Of a stretch of 63,434 bases of DNA, positions 56,817-63,434 are shown piece after piece. The notes under the pieces were generated by a model that worked only from the letters and a program-made list of their open reading frames with translations, was not told the DNA's origin and searched no databases. This stretch comes from an uncultured Candidatus Saccharibacteria bacterium (GTDB taxonomy: Bacteria > Patescibacteriota > Minisyncoccia > Minisyncoccales > JAGOPM01), in assembly GCA_964596325.1 (NCBI GenBank), contig CAZQSQ010000004.1, forward strand, positions 1-63,434, given 5' to 3'. Each line of letters opens with the position of its first letter. The stretch's first letter is position 1. The position numbers and the translations under genes are program-made.

Positions 56817-57536
56817 TTAGAAATTGACATTAGTATAAAGTTCTTGAACGTCATCATTATCATCAAGGGCCTCAAAAAGTTTTTCCAAAGAAGCTTGTTG
56901 CTCTGGGGTAATAGTTTTTTCTTCATTAGCGACCCAAACAATTGAAAATGATTTAACTTTCAATCCGCCAGCCTCCAAAGCCTTACGCACTGTATCAATG
57001 TTTTCTGGGGAGGTATAAATTGTCATGGAGTTTTCTCCAAATTCAATATCATCAGCCCCGGCTTCAATAGCGGTCATTTCCAATTCTTCCTTTTTGGTCA
57101 AATCCGCCTCTATTTCTATCATGCCCTTTTTAGAAAATTGCCATTTTAGGGCGCCTTCACCAACCAGTTTAGCGTCAAATTTAGTAGTAATCCTTTTTAA
57201 CTCTCCTAAGGTGCGGTTTTTATTGTCAGTAATACCTTCAATCAAAATAGCTGCCTCTCCGGGCCCGATCATTTCAAATAAAAACGATTCTAAAATTTCC
57301 GCCTCTTCACCGCCACTGATTTTTTTGATAATGCGCTCAATATTATCCTTAGGCATATTATATTGGCGCGCCTTTTCTATCAGCATTCTCAACTTGGTAT
57401 TATGGTCGGGATTAGGCCCACCCTCCCGGACAGCCACACTAACTTCTCTATTTAATTTAGAAAAAATCTTGCCGCGTTTTGCGTCTTCTAAGCCTTTTTT
57501 ATGTTTTACGGTTGCCCAATGGGAATGACCTGACAT
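56817..57536 (-). CDS. yebC: YebC/PmpR family protein
   Basis: MSGHSHWATVKHKKG, TDNKNRT, LDDNDDVQELYTN. Confidence 0.95.
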   Translation of the reverse strand: MSGHSHWATVKHKKGLEDAKRGKIFSKLNREVSVAVREGGPNPDHNTKLRMLIEKARQYNMPKDNIERIIKKISGGEEAEILESFLFEMIGPGEAAILIEGITDNKNRTLGELKRITTKFDAKLVGEGALKWQFSKKGMIEIEADLTKKEELEMTAIEAGADDIEFGENSMTIYTSPENIDTVRKALEAGGLKVKSFSIVWVANEEKTITPEQQASLEKLFEALDDNDDVQELYTNVNF

Positions 57537-57587
57537 GGTATTAATAAATAATTTTCAAAATAGTTATTACAAGAAAATCGATTTTTG

Positions 57588-58598
57588 TCAAACTAAAGTT
57601 GAGCCGATTTTTTTCATTTTTAGGTATTCATAAGCTAGGCTTGTAACCTTTCTGCCCCTAGCGGTTCTTTCCAAGAATCCTAATTGCAATAAATAAGGCT
57701 CATAAATATCAATAATGCAATCCTCATCCTCGATAGTGGCGGCGGCTAAAGTTTTTAAGCCAACTGGACCGCCATCAAAAGCTTTAATGATAGTGGTGAG
57801 GATCTTTCGGTCCTCCGGCCCTAAACCGCGCGAATCTATTTCCATAAAATCAAAAACTTCTTTTACGGTTTGCGGCTCAATAATATCCAGATTGTTAACT
57901 TGGGCAAAATCTCGAACTCTTTTGAGTAAATGGTTGGCAATCCTCGGGGTAGCTCGGGAGCTTTGGGCAATAAGTTGGGCGGCTTGAGCGGTGATGGCAA
58001 TGTTAAGTATTTGGGCGGATTTTAGAATTATTTCCAATAATTCCTGCTCCGTATAGGGGTTTAATTGAAAAGTGGCTCCAAATCTTGAACGCAAAGGGGA
58101 GGAGAGATTGGCAATGCGGGTGGTTGCGGCAATGAGGGTAAATTTTGGAAGATTAATCTCCATATTTTGTGCCATTGGCCCACTGCCTACTATCAAATCA
58201 AGCTTAAAATCCTCCATAGCAGGATAAATTAATTCTTCACAGATAGTATTAAGCCTATGGATTTCATCAATGAATAAAACATCCCCCTCGCTTAAATTGC
58301 TTAAAATGCTGGCCAAGTCTCCGCTTTTACGCAGTGCTGGCCCGGAAGTCACATGGATATTGACATCGCGTTGTTTTGCGATAATATAGGAGAGCGTAGT
58401 TTTGCCTAGGCCGGGATTGCCATAAAGGAGGATGTGGTCCAAAGCTTCAGATCTCTTCTTAGAGGCCCCTATCATTATTTGTAGGGTTTTTTTAACCTTT
58501 TCTTGGCCAATATAATCACTCCAATTTTTCGGTCTTAATTGGTTATCAAGAGCAGGGAGGGCTGATATGTGGTTTTGGGTATTACTATTGACAAACAT
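57588..58598 (-). CDS. ruvB: Holliday junction helicase
   Basis: LRPKNWSDYIGQ, GNPGLGKTT, FIDEIHR, SPLRSRFG, RTARGR. Confidence 0.96.
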   Translation of the reverse strand: MFVNSNTQNHISALPALDNQLRPKNWSDYIGQEKVKKTLQIMIGASKKRSEALDHILLYGNPGLGKTTLSYIIAKQRDVNIHVTSGPALRKSGDLASILSNLSEGDVLFIDEIHRLNTICEELIYPAMEDFKLDLIVGSGPMAQNMEINLPKFTLIAATTRIANLSSPLRSRFGATFQLNPYTEQELLEIILKSAQILNIAITAQAAQLIAQSSRATPRIANHLLKRVRDFAQVNNLDIIEPQTVKEVFDFMEIDSRGLGPEDRKILTTIIKAFDGGPVGLKTLAAATIEDEDCIIDIYEPYLLQLGFLERTARGRKVTSLAYEYLKMKKIGSTLV

Positions 58599-58620
58599 TA
58601 TAATATAGGTTATAGTATGT

Positions 58621-58780
58621 CAGCAGCAAGAGAAGTGCGAAAAGTGGCTCTTGAGCTGGGGAAATAGGGATTATTCTTAGAAATGGACGTTTTGGCTTCG
58701 GCTGGAGCGCTCCTCGGAATAATTTCGAACTTTGAGCTTCAAGCTAAAGTAAATCCCCCCAGCTCAAGGGCTGTTTTTTT
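58621..58780 (+). ncRNA. Candidate structured ncRNA (6S-like long hairpin)
   Basis: TTGACA-N17-TATAGT promoter (58588-58616); 15-bp closing stem; 10-bp inner stem; cUUCGg apical loop; U-tract end; no ORF. Confidence 0.65.
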
Positions 58781-60077
58781 ATTGTCCCACAACTCTTTGC
58801 ACTTCCTCTAAAGAGGTTATACCTTCTATAACTTTTAAGATCCCGTCTTGGCGCATAGTTACTAAGCCTTTGTCTTGCGCCATTTTTTTAATTTTAATTG
58901 TAGAATTTTCCTTGACGATACAATCCTTCATTTCATTATCCAAGAAAAACATTTCATAAAGCCCGATACGGCCAACATATCCCGTGTTATTGCATTTTGG
59001 GCAGCCTACGGGGTGAGGGAGCTTTAATTCTTTGTTGAAATTTTTCGGTTCAATGTTGTGAGGTAATCCTTTTATCTCTTCCTTGAGTGCATCGTATTCT
59101 TGGGCGGAGATTTTTTGTTTTTTGGCGCAAGCTGGGCAGATTTTTCTCGCCAAGCGTTGGGCCACAACCAAATTAAGCGCTGGGGCGATGTTTTGCGGTA
59201 AGGCTCCTAAAGCCATAAGACGATTAATGGCGCCAACAGAATCATTAGTGTGTAGGGTAGCTAAAACCAAATGCCCGGTCAGGGCAGCTTGAATAGCTGT
59301 CTGGCAAGTTTCGTTGTCGCGGATTTCCCCAACCAAGATAACATCAGGGTCTTGTCGAACAATAGCCTTTAAGCCTTCGGCAAAAGAATAACCCTTTTCC
59401 AAATCTATCTGGGTTTGGGTAATATCCTCCAGGCGGTATTCGATCGGGTCTTCAATAGTGATTATTTTGACCGTGGGATCTTGGAGACGCTTCAAGATTG
59501 CATAAAGCGTGGTAGTTTTGCCCGAACCAGTTGGACCAGTGACTAAAATCAACCCATTAGGTTGGGCAATAGCCTTTTCGAAATTTTTCAAAATATCCGG
59601 GCGGATGCCCAAGTCGGTTAAATCAAGAATATTTTCAGAATTTAATATCCTAATAACAATAGAGTCTCCATAATTGGAGGGGATAAGAGAGACGCGGGCT
59701 TCAATCTGTTTTTTTCCGATGCTTATGGCGAAGCGTCCATCTTGGGGCTTATTAATTACATTGAATTTAATGCCGGAAAGAAGTTTGATGCGGGAATAAA
59801 TAGTTTTGGCCACCTCAGGGTTTATTTGGGCCGCGTCTTGAAGTAGGCCATCCACCCGAAAACGGATTTTAGAATCGGATTCTTCGGGCTCGATATGAAT
59901 GTCGGAGGCGCGCAAAGCAATAGCTGTGGCTAAAAGCGAGGCCAACAAAAGGGTGATATCGTGGCCTTTTTCCGCTTCAAAAAAATTCTTAAAATCACCA
60001 ATGCTGCTGATGACAGAAGAGAGCCGGTTAAAATAATTCTCTTCTATAATAAACTCTTCGGTGATTTTTGAATTCAT
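58779..60077 (-). CDS. GspE/PilB family assembly ATPase
   Basis: ASDIHIEP, GPTGSGKTTT, TIEDPIE, ILVGEIRD, GHLVLATLH, CPAC..CPKC. Confidence 0.92.
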   Translation of the reverse strand: MNSKITEEFIIEENYFNRLSSVISSIGDFKNFFEAEKGHDITLLLASLLATAIALRASDIHIEPEESDSKIRFRVDGLLQDAAQINPEVAKTIYSRIKLLSGIKFNVINKPQDGRFAISIGKKQIEARVSLIPSNYGDSIVIRILNSENILDLTDLGIRPDILKNFEKAIAQPNGLILVTGPTGSGKTTTLYAILKRLQDPTVKIITIEDPIEYRLEDITQTQIDLEKGYSFAEGLKAIVRQDPDVILVGEIRDNETCQTAIQAALTGHLVLATLHTNDSVGAINRLMALGALPQNIAPALNLVVAQRLARKICPACAKKQKISAQEYDALKEEIKGLPHNIEPKNFNKELKLPHPVGCPKCNNTGYVGRIGLYEMFFLDNEMKDCIVKENSTIKIKKMAQDKGLVTMRQDGILKVIEGITSLEEVQRVVGQ

Positions 60078-61162
60078 AATATATTGATAATTATTGTTTT
60101 AGCTTGGTTTTCGTCTTTGTCGCTTACACTGCAAAGCAAGACATTTCCCTTAGTCTCTCCGCCCAAAATTTGCCACGCATTTCTGATTTTTTCCGGGTTT
60201 TGGAAATAGAGAAGTATATCGAAGCTGTCTTTATTATTAGGTTTTTGCCACATTATGGCAAATCCCGGAAAATTAAACCTAGGATTTTGTTTGATTAAAG
60301 CTGCCACTTCAGCCACATTTTTTGCGCTTGAGCCAGTTGCCAAAAAGTCTTCCGCGCTTATATAAAATAAAGGAATATTTGATTTTAGGTCAATTTCCAT
60401 GCTTTGCATTGCCCGAGCCACAAATCTTGCCCTCTGGCCATGCCCCTCCGCTTGGGCCAAATTGGCAAAAGCTGGTTTAAGGGCGGGCTCTTCCTCTGGG
60501 CTGGGGGAATTTTTTTTCCCAGCCAAAAATTCCAATATCTCCAGTAACTTTTCTTGGCTGCCACCTTTTTGGGCAAAAGAAACCGCACTCTCTTTTAAGA
60601 GATTAATAGCTTTTTCATCGAGTAAAGTTTTATCTAAAAAGGAAGCAATAATGATTTGGGCCAAAGGGTTGTCTTTAAGGATGTTAACCTGCCCAAAGGT
60701 TTCGGCTTCCAGATTATTATTAATATTAATAATGGGTTTCTCGTAAAAAAGTTTGAAATTATCTTCGGCAAAATCCTCCAAGGTGGCCAAATTATCAACC
60801 CCGATTGTGATTAATAAATCAAACTCCGGCGGTTGGATTTCATTGGCCAAGGAGATATCTTCGGGAGAAATCGAACCGTTTTTATAATCAATAAAAATAT
60901 TGAGCTTATCCCTGTCTTTTTCGTAGTATATTTGGGAAATGTCGCGTCCGTTGGTATTAATAGTCAGGTGCGCCTTGCATTCCGAGGATTCCAAGGGTGG
61001 CAGGATATTTTCCTTTACGATATTTGCATTCTTACCCATATTATTTAGAATATGGGCAAGCGCTAAGGCCGCATTAAAGCTTTCCGGCTCATTAGGGTTG
61101 GCCGGAATGATTAGGATAGTCTCTGAGCGCGAGATGAGGTTTTTTATCCTCTCCTCCTGCAT
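60074..61162 (-). CDS. Degenerate DHH-phosphoesterase-like protein
   Basis: ILIIPA..AALALAHIL..GK, DLLITIG, KPIINI; the catalytic DHH is missing. Confidence 0.55.
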   Translation of the reverse strand: MQEERIKNLISRSETILIIPANPNEPESFNAALALAHILNNMGKNANIVKENILPPLESSECKAHLTINTNGRDISQIYYEKDRDKLNIFIDYKNGSISPEDISLANEIQPPEFDLLITIGVDNLATLEDFAEDNFKLFYEKPIININNNLEAETFGQVNILKDNPLAQIIIASFLDKTLLDEKAINLLKESAVSFAQKGGSQEKLLEILEFLAGKKNSPSPEEEPALKPAFANLAQAEGHGQRARFVARAMQSMEIDLKSNIPLFYISAEDFLATGSSAKNVAEVAALIKQNPRFNFPGFAIMWQKPNNKDSFDILLYFQNPEKIRNAWQILGGETKGNVLLCSVSDKDENQAKTIIINIL

Positions 61163-61178
61163 AAATCCCTGAAATTAT

Positions 61179-61658
61179 ATGGTAAAAAAGGCCAAAAGTC
61201 AATTAAAGGAAAAAAAGGAATTTTCCTCCAAATCCTTAACCCAGACTCGAAAAATAGCTGAGCGGCTGTTAAGAGAGATAATGCAAGATAAGCCGAAGGC
61301 CGGTGCATCTTGCTTAGCTCTTTTTGGGGATTTGGGTAGCGGAAAGACTACTTTTACTAAAAGTTTAGCTAAAAAATTAGGGATAAAACAAAATATAAAT
61401 AGCCCGACTTTTGTAATTTTCCGAAAATATCCAATTCCTATCAAAAAGGGCTTTTCTCATTTTTTCCATTTTGACTGTTATCGGTTAAAAACGGCCCAAG
61501 AGGCGGAGGCTTTGGGGTTTTCCGAGATAATTTCCAATCCAAGTAATTTTGTGGTTTTGGAATGGCCGGAAAATATCCAGTCATTATTGCCATCCTCCTG
61601 CCGGCAAGCCTTTTTTGAATATATTGATCCTAAAACAAGAAAGATTACCATTCATTAA
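61179..61658 (+). CDS. tsaE: t6A biosynthesis ATPase
   Basis: LFGDLGSGKTTF, SPTFVI, HFDCYRL, LEWPE. Confidence 0.95.
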   Translation: MVKKAKSQLKEKKEFSSKSLTQTRKIAERLLREIMQDKPKAGASCLALFGDLGSGKTTFTKSLAKKLGIKQNINSPTFVIFRKYPIPIKKGFSHFFHFDCYRLKTAQEAEALGFSEIISNPSNFVVLEWPENIQSLLPSSCRQAFFEYIDPKTRKITIH

Positions 61659-61659
61659 A

Positions 61660-62535
61660 ATGAAATCCGATCGTCTAATAATTTTAGATTCCAATTCTTT
61701 GGTGCACAGGAGCTATCACGCCTTGCCGCCCCTAACCTTGAGCAATGGGGAAGCGGTACAGGCGGTTTATGGTTTTATGGCAATGTTTTTGAAGGCGATT
61801 AAGGATTTAGACCCGCAATACGTTTTGGCTTGTTTTGATGTGGCGGGCAAAAATTTTCGCCACGAGGTTTATCAAGAATACAAAGCGCATCGGGCCAAAG
61901 CGCCAGATGATTTGTATTCCCAAATTCCCCACGTTCAAAAAATTTTGAAAGTATTTGGTGTGCCCATTATGGGAGTCTCGGGTTTTGAGGCAGACGATCT
62001 GATTGCCACACTGGCCGTGCAGGCGCAAGGGCAGGGGTGCGAAGTTTATATTGTCAGCGGGGACTTAGACAATACCCAATCAGTAAATGATAAAATAAAA
62101 GTTTACGGCTTGGGCGGCAAGGGCATTAAAGACACTTTGATTTATGATGCGCTAAAAGTTCGGGAGAGGTTTGGCGTTAATCCCGATCAAGTTGTCGATT
62201 ATAAGGCAATAGCCGGGGATGCTTCGGATAATATCCCCGGCGGTAAGGGCCTTGGCCCCAAGTTTGCCCAAGAGCTATTGGCGCAATATAAAGGCATTAA
62301 GGAGATATTTGCTTTAATTGAAAGCGGCGAGGCCTGGGATTTGAATCAAAAAACCAAAGATTTGCTACTCAAAAATAAAAGTTTAATCGAGCTTTCTTAT
62401 AAGCTGGCAGCTGCGCGGCTCGATGCGCCCGTTACCTTCAAAAAAGAAGAGTGCATCTGGGGGAAATTTGAAAAGGCTAAAGTTGAAGCAATATTTAAGG
62501 AGTATAAGTTTTTTAGCTTAATTAACAGGCTTTAA
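61660..62535 (+). CDS. Stand-alone 5'-3' exonuclease (PolA N-terminal/FEN type)
   Basis: ILDSNSLVHRSYHA, FEADDLIA, SGDLD, GDASDNIPG; no polymerase domain follows. Confidence 0.92.
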   Translation: MKSDRLIILDSNSLVHRSYHALPPLTLSNGEAVQAVYGFMAMFLKAIKDLDPQYVLACFDVAGKNFRHEVYQEYKAHRAKAPDDLYSQIPHVQKILKVFGVPIMGVSGFEADDLIATLAVQAQGQGCEVYIVSGDLDNTQSVNDKIKVYGLGGKGIKDTLIYDALKVRERFGVNPDQVVDYKAIAGDASDNIPGGKGLGPKFAQELLAQYKGIKEIFALIESGEAWDLNQKTKDLLLKNKSLIELSYKLAAARLDAPVTFKKEECIWGKFEKAKVEAIFKEYKFFSLINRL

Positions 62536-62581
62536 TGGTGCCAAGGGCGATAACTTATGGTAAGATTCAATCGACCACACA

Positions 62582-63434
62582 ATGCAGGTCGATTTTGAAT
62601 TAATTAATAAGTTGATAATTGGCGTTATCAATTTAGCCGGGCTCACGCTGGCGCTGGCTGTTTTTCTTTCTAATAAGAAAGAGAAAAAAAATATAGTATT
62701 CTTTTGGTGGGTAGTATCTCTTTTGCTTTGGATTGATGCGGACTTTGCTTCAGGCTTTGGCAGATATATTTTTCCTCCGGAGAATGCGGCCTTTTATTCC
62801 TTATGGGCCGGAAGAATTTGTTGGTTTTTTGTTTCAATATTTTTTATTGCGACATATTATTTCATTTCATATTTTCCCAAAGAGGGTAAGCGCAATAAGA
62901 TAGTAGATTGGTTTTATACTATAAGCTGGCTGATTTGGTTGGCAATTTCCTTAACCCCGTTAATAGTATCGGAAGTTGATATTTCTGGGCGGTTTTCCGT
63001 GCAAAAAGGCGGAATTCTTCAGATCCCGGTTTTGATTTGGGCCGCCGCTTCTTTGATATACTACTATTATGTTTTATTCAAAAAGTACCCGGAACTAGAG
63101 CGGCAAGATAAACTCAAAGTCCAATATTTTTTAATCGGCTCCGCTATCTTCGGTACGGCCGCGACAGTTTTTAATATTATCCTTCCGATTGTGGCTGGGG
63201 GTAATTATCAGAATGCTTATTATATTTATGGCGAGTATTCCAGTATTTTTTTATTGGGATTCACGGCTTTTGCCATAATCAAACAACAGCTGTTCGGTAT
63301 CAAGGTTATTTTGACCCAAGCTTTAGTGGTGGCCATCGGGCTTATTCTTTTTTTGGTGCCGTTTTTAATCAGTGAAACCGGGTGGCTAAAAATTTTGCTT
63401 TGGGCGGTATTTTTCGCCTACTGCATAATTGCTT
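62582..63434 (+). CDS. 7TM-type sensor N-terminus (HisKA_7TM-like), truncated by the window end
   Basis: Open hydrophobic frame from ATG 62582 (MQVDFELINKLIIG...) to the end; typical 'QYFLIG..IF', 'AFAIIKQQLFGIKV' segments. Confidence 0.65.
   Translation, partial: MQVDFELINKLIIGVINLAGLTLALAVFLSNKKEKKNIVFFWWVVSLLLWIDADFASGFGRYIFPPENAAFYSLWAGRICWFFVSIFFIATYYFISYFPKEGKRNKIVDWFYTISWLIWLAISLTPLIVSEVDISGRFSVQKGGILQIPVLIWAAASLIYYYYVLFKKYPELERQDKLKVQYFLIGSAIFGTAATVFNIILPIVAGGNYQNAYYIYGEYSSIFLLGFTAFAIIKQQLFGIKVILTQALVVAIGLILFLVPFLISETGWLKILLWAVFFAYCIIA

Noticed and set aside
270-62028. Numerous short antisense or overlapping ORFs in the six-frame track
   Set aside because: They are shadows of well-supported genes, with no motifs or initiation signals.
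61660-62535. Broken polA pseudogene
   Set aside because: An intact stand-alone 5'-3' exonuclease with a clean stop is a known arrangement.
1-63434. Alternative genetic code (stop-codon reassignment)
   Set aside because: All conserved genes are full length in code 11, and TGA serves as a normal stop (e.g. dnaA, virB4).

Overview
A 63-kb chromosomal window that includes the replication origin (jag-yidC-rnpA-rpmH / dnaA-oriC-dnaN). It is most likely from a Patescibacteria (CPR, Parcubacteria-like) genome. This is inferred from the VirB2-like pilin fusions with a relaxase-less VirB4/PrgI/VirB6 cluster, the stand-alone 5'-3' exonuclease, the DHH-like + PilB pair, and core genes that are leaderless or lack an SD. 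Genetic code 11 fits. From left to right the window holds: (1) a coupled minus-strand operon, NuoF-like / transglutaminase-TPR / [FeFe]-hydrogenase HydA / two secreted propeller paralogs; (2) an ~18-kb patchwork of plus-strand accessory genes with near-consensus sigma70 promoters, strong AGGAGG SDs and terminators, interleaved with tRNA-Pro, cca and two tRNA-Arg; (3) tRNA-Lys followed by a repeat array; (4) core genes and the T4SS-like cluster; (5) the origin region and repair/translation genes. The most striking unexplained structure is a ~60-nt structured element with fixed ends (ATTAG...TTGTATGC) and covarying stems. It is inserted at the same position (after the TTCGATT T-loop) in duplicated pieces of two different tRNAs: four times after tRNA-Lys and once in a near-complete tRNA-Arg copy. 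No transposase or integrase is present in the window. There is also a strong orphan ncRNA candidate between ruvB and pilB. All assignments are from reading motifs by eye; no database searches were run.
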